In this document: positions 13,549 to 26,151 of the stretch, piece by piece
Layout: every line of letters begins with the position of its first letter
Position numbering within the stretch: position 1 is the first letter of the stretch
Notes under the pieces: model-generated
What the model was told of the DNA's origin: nothing
The model's database searches: none
What the model saw: only the letters and a program-made list of their open reading frames with translations
Translations under genes and position numbers: made by a program
Source: Prorocentrum cordatum
Taxonomy: Eukaryota
Length of the DNA: 64,000 bases
Direction of reading: 5' to 3'
Assembly: GCA_963575745.1 (NCBI GenBank)
Contig: CAUYUJ010000214.1
Location: 558,001 to 622,000 of the forward strand

Positions 13549-13660
13549 GCGTCGATTAGCGTCGGCCAGCGTCTGGGAGTCGATGAGATAGCGCCGATGT
13601 ACAGTCGGCTAGCGTTGATTAGCGCCGATCTGTAGCGTCGGTTAGCGTCGATTTAGCGTC
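13549..13660 (+). repeat. TAGCGTCG-rich dispersed repeat (second copy 38180-38290)
   Basis: agcgtctgggagt(c/g)gatgagatagcg shared between copies. Confidence 0.75.
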
Positions 13661-13744
13661 GGTCGCAAGAACAGACAAAGTGGTATGGGAGGCTCCCATG
13701 AGTTGACACCGAACGATGGCGGCAACCTCCCGCTGACTCTCCTC

Positions 13745-13920
13745 CTCTCAGGTGTCAGGTCCGGCGAAAGGGGGGGAGAGGGCAAGGGTGGATCACGAAT
13801 CTTGCCGCGTGCAGCCACTTCGGGCCCCCGCCGCCCTCTCAGGTGTCAGGTCCGGCGCAAGGGGGGGGGAGATCAAGGGGGGATCACGAAGCCTGCTGCG
13901 TGCAGCCACTTCGGGGTCCC
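13745..13920 (+). repeat. Tandem duplication, ~91-bp unit x2
   Basis: ctctcaggtgtcaggtccggcg..ggatcacgaa..gcgtgcagccacttcggg occurs twice. Confidence 0.85.
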
Positions 13921-14738
13921 CGGCGCCCGGCGCCCGAAGGACCCAGGAACAGCGGCTGCGTGGACCGGCTCGCTAGCCCCTCAACGACAACGATAGCAAC
14001 AATAGCAACGATAACAACGATAACGAAAACAACGATCGCAACGATCACTGCGATCATAACAATGACGGCAAGAACGATGACAATGGCAGTGATAACCGCA
14101 ATAGTTAAGGATCACAGCGATAACAGCTGTCGTTGTCATCGTCGTAGTGCTACCCCCACACTTTCGTTTCGTCCGACCCGATCCTCCCAGAAGGCCAGGA
14201 CGACGAGAGGATCGCCCTCCTTGCCCGCAGGAGTTCGGAGGGTTTCGGATCAGCCTCTGGATGTCTTTTTCTCTCAGCTCGTGCTGCGAAGGGTACTGCA
14301 CGAGAGCGAGCCAACATGTGCAGCTTTGAATCCCGGGATATACGACGCATCGGAAAGTATACAGCATCACAACAGAGCAACGAACAGGCAGAGCCCCGAA
14401 CCCCACCCTCCTCCGCCATGCTATGCCATGTCTCGAGCGGGGTCGATCATCCGTGAGGGTCCCGGGGCCCGCAGGAGTGGAGACGCCGCAATCCCAGGGT
14501 CAGCCGGATGTGGCTGCGGAGCAGCACAAGCCAGGGTCAGACAGATTGGAGGAGGAGGAGGAGAAGGAGGAGGAGGAGGAGGAGGAGGAGGAGGAGGAGG
14601 AGGATTGGGAGGAGGAGGAGGAGGAGGAGGAGGAGGAGGAGGAGGAGGAGCGAGGAGGAGGAGGAGGAGGAGGAGCGAGGAGGAGGAGGCGCGAGGAGGA
14701 GGAGGGCCAGGCAGACCCAGAGGCGGGCTCGTGCGCAG

Positions 14739-14826
14739 GAGTTCCTCCACGGCTTCGTGCTGCCGGAGGGCGCCGAGCAGTGGCGCCCCGTGCTCCTGCT
14801 GCGCGCCGGGGCGGAGCGGTGGGAGG
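14739..14826 (+). CDS. Candidate exon (EFLHGFVLPEGAEQWRPVLLLRAGAERWE)
   Basis: GCAG|G acceptor, strongly GC3-biased codons; GC or GT donor near 14819-14827. Confidence 0.4.
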
Positions 14827-14868
14827 GCGCGGCGCCCAGCTGCGCCTCGGCTGGCATCGGGGGCAGAA

Positions 14869-15030
14869 GTAAGTCGGACACGTCCCTCTACAGGAGGGAT
14901 GTTCAAACAATCAGTCACACAATCGTCTGGGGACGTGCTTCCCACTGTTTTTGACTATGTGGGGCCATTTTCAGACCATCTTTTAGTTGTCGTCCAACCT
15001 TCGCCTGTATGGGGGAGATGCCCGACCGAA
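14869..15030 (+). mobile_element. MITE family M1, copy 2
   Basis: gtaagtcggacacgtccctctacagg ... cctgtatgggggagatgcccgaccgaa; TSD gggcagaa/gggtagga. Confidence 0.8.
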
Positions 15031-16412
15031 GGGTAGGAGAACCCCCGACCCTAATACAACGCAGACCCATGCCAAGAACCACCCTGCTTGCCTCCAGGGT
15101 GCCCTGGGTTTCTTGAGTTTCGATGGTTTTGCCATGGAAAGCGTCACGTTCCCACACCAGAAAGCAATAGACGTCCTGGGGTCTCAGGGTTGGGTTTCTT
15201 GTGGTATGTTTCTTGTGGTCGGGCCCCTACTGTAGGACGATGAAGTCGTAGCCTCACTGAGGTCACCGTCTCTTGCATTAGTGATCGTAGATGTGGGCGG
15301 TTTGGTGCGAAGCGTCTGCAGAAAAAGACCCCCTGTCCCCATTTCGTGCTCGGCCCTCCTGACTTAGTCTCCCTCCCAGAGGGTTAGGGGTCCTCTCATT
15401 GCTGATCAGGATAGGCTCCGGGGGGAATGCATCAAGCCCCAATCGCCCTCGATCGCAGATGGGAGCCCTGTAGTCCGATCCGCCCAGGAGCGCGCGGAGT
15501 CGATATCGGAGGCCTACTCAGACTCGGCTCGGCAGCACAGGAATATAGGTGCCGATGTGCCTATGCCGCTGCTGTCCTTCCTCGTGGCCACTGTTTGACC
15601 CTTGCCTCGAAGTTTTCAATCAGGGCGTACCCCATGGAGAAGTGCACGGGAAGCACAGGAGCGGAGCAGGTGCCGATGCCGCTGCCCTCCCTCGTCGTGG
15701 ACTTGCCTCGAGGTTTCGGTCAGGGCGCACCCGTCTGAGCCTGGAGAGGTCCGAGGAGGTGCAGAAGCCTCGATGTCTGTTCCTGCGAGCCTTGGGCGGC
15801 GACGCTGCAATCAGCTTTTCCTCATTTGGACCGCACAGGGACCGCATTTGGCCCATCCTCCTGCTCCTCCTCTTCCCTCCTGTCCCCCCTCTTCCTCCTC
15901 GTTCTTCTAGTCCCCGCGAATCCACTCCAAATCTGGTCCAAATCTGGTCCAAATTTGTTCCAAATCCAGTCCAAATCATGCCCAAATCGGACAGCGCCGG
16001 GGGCCACGCAGGCTCCCATGGAACGGACACCAAAAGAAGCGGAACATGTGCCGATACCGCTGTTCTTCCTCGTCGCCGCGGCTGGCTTTGCCTCCAAAGG
16101 TTGGTCCGAACGCAGCCTTGGAAACAGGTGCCGATGCCGCTGCCCTTCCTCGTCGCCGCGGCTGCATGTCCCTCGAAAGGTTGGTCCGAACGCAGCCTTG
16201 GATACAGTGCGGGGGTGGCCGCAAGAAACCCTCGCAAGAAACCCAACCCCGAAAAACCACGCGCGAGGTGCACCTGAGGGGGAACCCAGAGCACCCTGCA
16301 CGCAACAGTTTCTTCGACGGCCGCGGGACGTCACCGCGCCGTGCGCGGAGCGAAGAAACCCAGGGCACCCTGACGAAACGCGTATGGTATCTTGATGCGC
16401 GCCCCCACCGTA

Positions 16413-16587
16413 CAGTCGGGGCACTGAGGAAGGAACCCTTTTCGTTGGGGAGGGGCTCGGTGTTCCTTAGTTGTTTTGCAGTTCGCCTTTGGTTTGTCTT
16501 AGGGCTTCGATGGGAAATCGAAGTTAAACTTATGGCAAAAGAGGCCTCGTTACTTATTTAGGGTTCCTTAGGTCAACGCCCCTTCTG
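16413..16587 (+). mobile_element. Tc1/mariner-like MITE (TA TSD, CAGT end), copy 1
   Basis: TA|cagtcggggcactgaggaaggaaccct ... agggttccttaggtcaacgccccttctg|TA; homologous to 52175-52357. Confidence 0.75.
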
Positions 16588-16991
16588 TAGGTCCAGGAAG
16601 TGGCGGCATCGGTACCTGTTTGTCCCCCTCTCCGGCGGCCGCCGCTAGCTCTTCGGCGGCCTCTCGGCGGCCTCTCGCTGGCCATTCTCGGTGGCCATCG
16701 ATGGCCCCTGGGAGCCTCGGGCGGCCCGCGCGATGCACCGGCGGCTCTCGGCGGCCTTCTGCTGCGCTCGGCGGGGAGGCTGGGGGCGAGGGGCACGGCG
16801 GCCTCCACGGGCGGGGGGAGAGGATGATGGTCGGGGGTGGTGATGGTGCTGGTGCTGGTGGTGGGGGTGGGGGTTAGGGCGAGTGGTCAGTCCGATGATG
16901 CTGGTGTTGACGGTGGTGGTGGTGGTGGTGGTGATCCCGATGATGATTCGGGTGGTGGCGGTGGTGGTGATGATGATAGGGATGATGATAG

Positions 16992-17022
<31 letters not shown>

Positions 17023-17028
17023 AATGAC

Positions 17029-17079
<51 letters not shown>

Positions 17080-17439
17080 GATGATGATTATGATGATGAT
17101 GATGATGACGATGATGATGGTGGTGGTGGTGTTAATGATGAGGATGATGATGATGATGATGATGAGGATGATGATGATGAGGATGAGGATGAGGATGACG
17201 ATGATGAGGATGGCGGTGGTGATAATGAGAATGAGGATGAGGATGATGATGATGACGACGGTGATGATGAGGATGAGGATGAGGGTGAGGATGATAATGA
17301 GGCTGAGGACGAGTATGAGGATGATGATGAAGATGAGGATCAGGATGAGTATGATGATGACAGCTTTGGACTCATTTGGGCGGGCGAGCTTCGACGCGAT
17401 CACTTGTACAAGCAAAGGCGCACAAGCGATCCTCTAGTG

Positions 17440-18330
17440 GGCCACTGGTGCGAACGCGGAGAAGAAGAGCACCGCAGTGGCTCACCCCAGAAGGACGGCA
17501 ATCTGCTGCTGCCCATCGCGAGGCGGCGACCGTGCGCACCCCGTGACACAGAGAACATCCCGGTGTTGAGTCGGGCACGTCCCTCTACAGGAGGGATGTT
17601 CAAAAATAGTTCAAGAATAGTCTGGGGACGATTTGTTTCTTTTATTGTTGTCTATTTCGAATATTTTTGATGTTCTCGACCAGAATGCCCCTGTAGGATA
17701 ACATGCCCGACCTGATCCTGGTGCCGGGTGAGGCCTGCCAGCTTCTGCAACAGACGCCACATCTGCGGCGGGTGCCGTCCGCTAAATTTCACAGCAAGGC
17801 CCTGAACGCTGGTGCCGCCTCGTGCTTCGTATCTTGTTGCTTTCGCCGCCTCTGCAGCAATCGCTCCAGCCCGGGCGGTCGCCGAGTGGTCGCGGCGGTT
17901 GTGTGTGCGCTGACGACTACGACGTCACCGTGGGGAACAGGGAGCGAGCAGTGGCCCCATAGCTGGAGGTCCACGCGCGGTTCGCGCATGGTTGCAGTGG
18001 CCAGCTCTGGAAGTACGACCTCGCGTGAGGCTGAACGGCCGGCTGTGCAAGCGCGCGTCGCGAGCTCGTCGCAGGCTCCATCCTGCAGGCGCTTTTGGGC
18101 CCTGCCGATCATGCAAGACATCGCGTGATCTCCATGCTTGTCGAGCTCGTCGCCACAGACCCTGCCAGCGTGCGCGGGGCGCTCGGAGAGGCATTCACCG
18201 CCAAGAAGGGGAAGCCCGAGGCGCTGGCAGAAATTCATGCGGATCCCTTCGTCCGACCAGGGCGCCGTATCTCTGGTGGCACTGGCCTCAAATCCAAGCA
18301 TGCGGTCCGGACCGCTTCCGGACAGCCAGG
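17440..18330 (-). mobile_element. Decayed C-terminus of a restriction-like endonuclease (CRE/R2-type) non-LTR retrotransposon
   Basis: RLGLPL..C..CGDELDKHGDHAMSC (zinc knuckle), DELA..AG..REV, RVDL, DVVV, K..K, then frameshifted GLAVKFSGR and W.QQQIAVLL. Interrupted by the MITE at 17566-17715. Confidence 0.8.
17566..17715 (+). mobile_element. MITE family M1, copy 3 (inserted in the RLE retrotransposon)
   Basis: ttgagtcgggcacgtccctctacagg ... cctgtaggataacatgcccgacctga; TSD tcccggtg/tcctggtg. Confidence 0.85.
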
Positions 18331-18899
18331 ACCTTCACTCCTCCTCCTCCTCCTCCTCCTCCTCCTCCTCCTCGTCGTCCTCCCTCCTCCTCCTCCTCCT
18401 CCTCCTCCTCCTTTTCCTCCTCCTCCTCCTCCTCCGTCAGCGCCCGCCCGGAGCATCCATCATCTGTGGCGGTGCCGCAGCTCGACGCCTGCATCTGCGG
18501 CATGCGCAAGCGAGAAGGATGTCAGGCACCTGTTGAAGACTCAGGCCCCGCCTGGGGCTAAAACAGGGCTAGGATCGGGATAAATCGCTCCAGAGCGTTC
18601 CGGAGCGCTCTCAGAGCGTTCCGGAACGCTCTGGAGCGGCCGCGGCGCCCAATACATCCTCCAAACCCGCCGATTCTCAGAGATTTCGAGTTATCCCGAT
18701 CCGATTTTGTCCCGATCTTCGCGTCGTTTTAGCATTCCCCACGTGTCGAGGAGCACTCTGCTCACAGCCAAGCGACCGAGGCAGTCCCTGGCAGCAGCGA
18801 AACTGCTGGAGCGTTCGTGCACCACGTCGAGCGCGGTTGGCTGCAAGACGAGGGCAGGTTGCCAGGAGGTTTTCGGCAGCCTGCCAAGGAGCGCGCTGG

Positions 18900-19035
18900 T
18901 GTTGATGCTCATGTTGATGATGCTGATGATGGTGAGAACGATGATGAGGATGACGACGAGGATGAGGATGCTGATGGTGATGATGATGATGATGATGCTG
19001 ATGATGCTGCTGATGATGATGATGATGACGATAAC

Positions 19036-19102
<67 letters not shown>

Positions 19103-19216
19103 GCGGTGATGATGGTGATGATGTTGATGCTGCTGCTGATGATGATGAAGATGGTTATGCTTATGCTGATACTGCTGCTGCTGCTGCTGATGGTGATGCA
19201 GATGTTGATGATGTTC

Positions 19217-19308
<92 letters not shown>

Positions 19309-19312
19309 AATA

Positions 19313-19348
<36 letters not shown>

Positions 19349-19810
19349 CGGAGGGTGATGCTGATGATGATGCTGATGATGAAGCCGATGGCTATGGTGA
19401 CGATGACAATGACAATGCTTATGAGGAGTCGGACGTTGCTGGGGATGGTGATGATGGTGCATATGATGATGGTGGTGCTGATTGTGAGGGTGATGATGAC
19501 AGTGGTGATGATGGTGATGATGATGACGATGCTGATGACGACGACGATGAGGACGAGGTTCATGATGATGATGGTGGTGGTGGTGGTGCTGATGATGATG
19601 GTCAGGTTGATGATGATGCTGATGCTGATGCTGCTGTTGATGACGATGGTGACGATGCTGATGCTGATGATGATGATGGTGATGGTGATGATGATGGTGC
19701 TGCTGCTGGTGCTGGTGATGATGACGACGATGATCATTATGATGACGATGATGCTGCTGATGATGATACTGATACTGATACTGATGCTGCTGAGGATGCT
19801 GATTATCATG
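18900..19810 (+). repeat. Degenerate (GAT)n tract (others at 6180-6750, 16890-17360, 22600-22830, 51582-51921, 57260-57560, 57965-58580)
   Basis: Directly visible; source of the poly-D, poly-M, poly-H and poly-I ORFs. Confidence 0.95.
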
Positions 19811-21115
19811 CTAATTAATGGGGAGGGGATTCGGGTAAGGGGATGGGGATGGGGATCGGCATGGGGATGGGGATGGAGGTGGGAGTTAGGAAGCGTACGA
19901 GCTATTTGTGGGTGTGGGTATTGAGGCGGAGGGGGGAGGCGAGGGAATGCCAGCTTTCTCCAGTTGCGCGAACTGGGGCCTGCAAAAAGGCCTTGGTCGC
20001 CTTCTTCGGATTCGCCTCCCAGTGCTTCTCAGGGCGCGCTCCAGGAAAGGTGCGTGGGTCGGGCACGAGGGGCGCTGGGGGGACGAGCAGAAACATGTTT
20101 TTGCATTGCGACGCTGATGGAGCCGAGAGCCTGTCAGCAAAGATTGGCGCTTTAATTGGGAGGCATTTTAGAGAACTACGCAATCCTGAGCGGGCGCCAA
20201 ATCGGCAACTAAAGTAGAACAGACCACAGCGTGGGGTTAGGCAACTGCGCGCAGCGGAGGGAGACAGCAAGGCAGGCGAAAACGGTCGCTCCTGGGGGCG
20301 ACGTTGCCGAGGTGCCCCTGAACCGAGCTCCCAGGCGCGACTGCGCGGTGGTGCTGGTTCACGCTCTCGCGGGTGGCGTGCCAGTCGCTCACGTCTGCGC
20401 CCGCGCGTTTGCGCACGGAATCGCCTGATGCGCGCCCACAGCTCCTCGGAAGCATGGAGGTGGGCGCGAGAGGCGGCCACGGAGCAGAGTTGGGGACAGA
20501 GGGACTTCCCAAGAGCTCCCCAGACATACGACGTCTCGATTTTTTCGAGACGCGGACCCCCGACCTCCCGACCACTTCCCTGGGACCGGTTTTTCATCCC
20601 GAGTCGTTTTTGGACGGTCCCGAGGCCCGGCGAGGGCCCCGAGAGGCCAAAAACTATTAAAAACCTTTGTCTCGATTTTTTCGAGACGCCCGATGTCTGG
20701 GTCCAGAACATCGACATGTGCTTGATCCCCCCCCGCCGCTGCCGGGCCTCTCGACCCTGGCTCCGCTGATGGGTCGAGACCGGCAGGCAGAGGCTGGAGG
20801 CTCGAGCGGAGCAGGAGACCGGGTGCGCTCGCGCTCTGGGTCAGCCCTGCGGCTCCAGTGCCCAGCGGCTGGCGACACGAGGTCCCGCGCCCATTCTGGA
20901 GGAGAGGGGAGAGGAGGGAGGAAGGAGGGAGGAGGAGGGAGGCCTTCGGATGCGCCCCCCAGAAGCGTATGATGGGGTTCTGGTCGCCACGGGCGGGCGC
21001 TGCGGAGAGGGTGGGGCCCGGCAGGCTTCCGGGGCGGAGCAGGTCCTGCGCCTGGCCTGTTCTAGCTCGATGAAGGGGGGGGACAGCGCGTCCAGGCCCA
21101 GGACCGCTATGCAGA

Positions 21116-21156
<41 letters not shown>

Positions 21157-21749
21157 GCTACTCCTGCTCCCTCTCTGCTCTCCCTTCTCCTCCTCCTCCG
21201 CCTCCTCCTCCTCCTTCTCCGGCCTGCGCCTCCTCCGCCTCCGCCTCCTCTTGGTCCGCCTGCGTTTCCCCATGTTCCCCTCCCCTCTGCTCCATGACCC
21301 GCTCCCTCCTCCATCCTCCTCTCGTCCCTCCTGTCCTTCTCTTCTCTTTCTCCTCTCTGCTCTGTTTCCTTCTCCATCCTCTCTGCTCCCTGTCCTTCTC
21401 CTCCTGTCATCCCCCCTCTCCCGCCCTTTCTCTTCCCAGGAGGGGGGGGCGGAGGGGCCTCTCAGCAGGCGGGGGCTTTCGCAGGAGGCCCCCCGAAGGC
21501 CTCCTAGGAGGGGCGCTGTCTCCCTGCCGTCTCAGGAGCTCCGCCGCTCTGTTTGGAAGCTGCCCCCTCGCGCCAGCCCCTCGTGGGCCTCGCCAGAGTC
21601 TCCTTTCTCGCATCCTCCTCCTCCTCCTCCTCCTCCTCCTCCTCCTCCTCCTCCTCCTCCTCCTCCCCCTCCTCCTCCTCCTCCTCCCCCTCCTCCTCCT
21701 CCGCCTCCCTCCCCCCTCCCCTCCCTCCGCTTTCGCGGCGCGGCCTCAG

Positions 21750-21802
21750 GCGACAGCGTCTCCATCGAGCTGTCCCTGGACCGCGGCGGGCCTGAGAAGC
21801 GC
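21750..21802 (+). CDS. Candidate micro-exon (DSVSIELSLDRGGPEKR)
   Basis: CTCAG|G acceptor, GT donor at 21803, GC3-biased codons. Confidence 0.35.
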
Positions 21803-22685
21803 GTCGGGAGGAGGTCGTCGCCGTCGTCGTCGCCGTCCTCGGCGGCTTCCTCCTCTGCCTTTCCTCTGATCCGCCTCTCTCCTCCTACTCGTTCCTCCTC
21901 CGGGGCTGGAGGGGTGAGAGGAGCACGCGCCTGAGATGGAATTGCAGCAGGCCGACCGGTTTTTAGGAATGTCCTAGGCCGATCTATGTTTGCGTCATGA
22001 TGTCTGTGTTAATCAAAGGGGGCTCACAGAAGGAAGAGGGATGGTGGGGAGGGGGGAATCGGGGGAGGGATGATGAAGTGGGAGAGGTTACTAGAGGTCG
22101 GGGGGGGGGGGGGGAATCGGGGGAGGGATGATGAAGTGGGAGAGGTTACTAGAGGTCGGCGGGGGGGCTGATGATGCTGCCATGGTGAAGTCTTGGTCCG
22201 GAGTTTCTCTGGGTCCAGGGAGGTCCTGTGTGGTCCCATCAGGTAAAGGCGGAGGGTGGTTGGGGGGGAGTCGGAGGAGACGGAGGAGAGGGAACACGCA
22301 GTGCACCATCACGAGGATGAGAGACATATCTCGGAGGGGGGAGGGAGGAGGCGGATGAGGATAGGGATGGTAATGAGGATAGCGATTTGCGCTTCTTAGA
22401 GGCGTGGACTTGCATTTGTGTCAGTTCAAATGGCGTGAATACGTTGGGGGACATTTCAAACCCTTGCTAGTCGTGAGACCTTGCGTATGGCATTGATGTT
22501 TTCGGAAGTCGGGGTGAAGTTTGGAGAGGATGGGCGGGTCAGTGCGAGGTTCAAGATGTTGCGGAGGACGAGAAGGGAGGCAAGGGGAGGCGGGCGGAGG
22601 ATGATGGCAGTGATGATGGTGGTGATGATGATGGCAGTGATGATGATGATGATGATGATGATGATGCTGATGCTGATGCTGATGC

Positions 22686-22741
<56 letters not shown>

Positions 22742-22754
22742 GCAGTGATGATGA

Positions 22755-22788
<34 letters not shown>

Positions 22789-23454
22789 GGTGGTGGTGGT
22801 GATGATGATGATGATGATGATGGCACTGATGATGTTTTATGGTCAGATAGGTTTCCAAACAGCCGAATTGTTTTTTGTTGGTGACGGCCTGGCGCGCATG
22901 AACCCTGCCAAGATCACACCTCGCCCTCACTCTCATCGTCGTTCTCCACATCCATTTGGTTTCCGGGTGGTCTACCTGGATCTACGTTTTTGGGTTGATA
23001 TCTGGGTGATACTGCGGGGTCTCAGGCGAAGGAGGACGGATGGGGGGAGGGGGGAACGACCGGGGGAGGGATGCTGACGAAGCAGGGGTGAGTAGTATGC
23101 TGACGATGGGGGCGAAGGGTGCATGTACGATGCAGCCATGGTAAAGTCTAGGTCGGGAATTCTCTGTGGGTCCAGGAAGATGTCCTGTGTGGTTCCAGTG
23201 GCGGGTCTTACAGGGGGCGGGGAGGGGGGCCCAGAGGAGGCGGAGGAGGAGGCAACCGCAGGGCATCATAACGATGCTGAGAGGGGTATGTCGGAAGCGG
23301 GGGGGGCGGATGAGGAGAAGGATGGTGATGATGATGGAGTGTGGCGCTTGCTCAGAGGCGAAGGGCTGCATCTATGTGATTCCAGTTTGTTTGACTGAGC
23401 TGGGAGCACGTTGAACGTTTGCTGCTGGTCGTGAGTCATCTGTCATTGGTGCAT

Positions 23455-23575
23455 TCGACTACTACGGCTACAACAACAACTACTACTACTACTACGACTA
23501 CTACTACGACTACTACTACTACTACTGCTACAACTACTGCTACTACTACTACCACTACTACTACTACTACTGCTG

Positions 23576-23612
<37 letters not shown>

Positions 23613-23625
23613 CTCTACGACTACG

Positions 23626-23658
<33 letters not shown>

Positions 23659-23725
23659 GCAACAACTACCACTACTGCCACTACTACTACTACTACTACT
23701 ACTACAACTACTACTACTACTACTA

Positions 23726-23765
<40 letters not shown>

Positions 23766-24125
23766 AACTCGTACGACTACTACTATCCCTACTACTGCTA
23801 CTACTACTACCACCACTTCTACTAAAACTATTATTTCTACAACTACGATTGGGACTACAACCTGTACTACTACCTCAACGGGGGCTGTTACTACTACTAC
23901 TACTACTACAACCACTACCACTACTACTACTAAATACTACTACTTCTACTACTACTACTACTACGGCTACGTCTACTACTACTACTACTACTACATGTAC
24001 TACTACTACTACTACTACTACTACTACGACTACTACTGCTACTACTACTACTACTGCTACTACCACTACTACTACTACTACGACTATGCATACTACCACT
24101 ATGGCTACCTCATCTACTACCACTA

Positions 24126-24156
<31 letters not shown>

Positions 24157-24278
24157 GACCACTACTACTACTACTACTACTACTACCGCTACTCCTACTA
24201 CTACTACTACTACTACTACTATGACTACTACTAATACTACGGCTGCCCTTCGTACTATTAGTGCTACTGGCACTTCTG

Positions 24279-24324
<46 letters not shown>

Positions 24325-24339
24325 TAGTAGTAGTAGTAG

Positions 24340-24379
<40 letters not shown>

Positions 24380-24427
24380 GCTGCTATTTCTACTACGACC
24401 TTTCGTGCCACGACTGCTGCTACTACG

Positions 24428-24495
<68 letters not shown>

Positions 24496-24530
24496 CTACT
24501 ACTACACTACTACTACTACTACTACTACTA

Positions 24531-24588
<58 letters not shown>

Positions 24589-24589
24589 G

Positions 24590-24620
<31 letters not shown>

Positions 24621-24687
24621 ATACTACTACTACTACTACGACTACTACTACTACTACTACTACTACTACGGTTACTACTACTACGGT

Positions 24688-24723
<36 letters not shown>

Positions 24724-24725
24724 GG

Positions 24726-24807
<82 letters not shown>

Positions 24808-25031
24808 GACGACGACGACGACGGCGACTACTACTACTACTACTATTACTATTGATCCGACTCTCACTACTACTGTGTCTGCTACAGTTCCGAGCACTGG
24901 AGCTATTATTGCTGCTACCATTATGATTATTACACTAGTACTGATGCTACTTCAACGACTACTGCTGCGACGATTACTACGGTTACTTCTAGTACGATTG
25001 TGATTACCACTGCTACTAGTACTACTACTCG

Positions 25032-25064
<33 letters not shown>

Positions 25065-25180
25065 ATCTAGTACTACGACTGCTAATGTTATTATTACTAT
25101 TACTACTACTGCTATTACTATTACTACCACTACTACTACTACTACTACTACGACCACGACGGCTACTATTATGATTACTG

Positions 25181-25221
<41 letters not shown>

Positions 25222-25222
25222 G

Positions 25223-25259
<37 letters not shown>

Positions 25260-25705
25260 GACTGCGACTACTGCTACCGATTCTCTTGCTACTATTACTG
25301 CTACAGCTACGGCTACTTGTTCTTCTGATGTTGTTGCGGCTGCTATTGGTATTGTGTCTGTTTTGACTGCGAAGGGCGACAACGCATACTACCGCTTTAA
25401 CTTCTGCTACTGTAGCTAGTGTGAGGGCTAGTGCTACTACCACTGCTACAACAGCAAATGCGATGTTCACGCCTATTCCAACTTCTATTCATGCCACCCA
25501 TCCGACCACAACCGGGCACGAAGGCTACAACTGATGTTGCTGACTGCTATTACCTTCACTACTACTACTACCTATACTATTTCTTGTACCACCACTTCTA
25601 CTATGATCATGTTTTCTACGACTACGGCTACGACGGCTATGGCTACTACTACTACTACCAATACCACTACTACGAATACGACGGCTACGCGTCCTACTAC
25701 TACTA

Positions 25706-25736
<31 letters not shown>

Positions 25737-26113
25737 GACTACTACTGCTACTACTACTACTACTACTACTACCGCTGCTACTGCTACTACTGCTGCGACT
25801 ATTAGTACGACTCGTATGATTATTCTTACTACAACGGCTACGACATTTCTTAGTATTTTTATCACTACTACGCCGAGTAGCAGTATTTCTACCGCGACTA
25901 CGACCATTCCTACGACGACGGCTACTACTATTGCTACTACGACGGCGACTACGATGATTATTACTACTACTGTTACTACGGCGACTGCTACAACTACTCC
26001 TACTACGGCTCCGATTCCTGCTGCTAGTACGCTTACTAATACTACTACTGCTGCTGCTACTACCACTACCACTACCACTACCACTACCATTACCACTACT
26101 ACTACTACTACTA

Positions 26114-26151
<38 letters not shown>

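Noticed and set aside
6140..19924. Long poly-Asp/Met/His/Ile ORFs (e.g. 6140..7120, 16837..17670, 18817..19818)
   Set aside because: Translations of (GAT)n tracts. Several frames on both strands are open because the triplet rarely yields stops.
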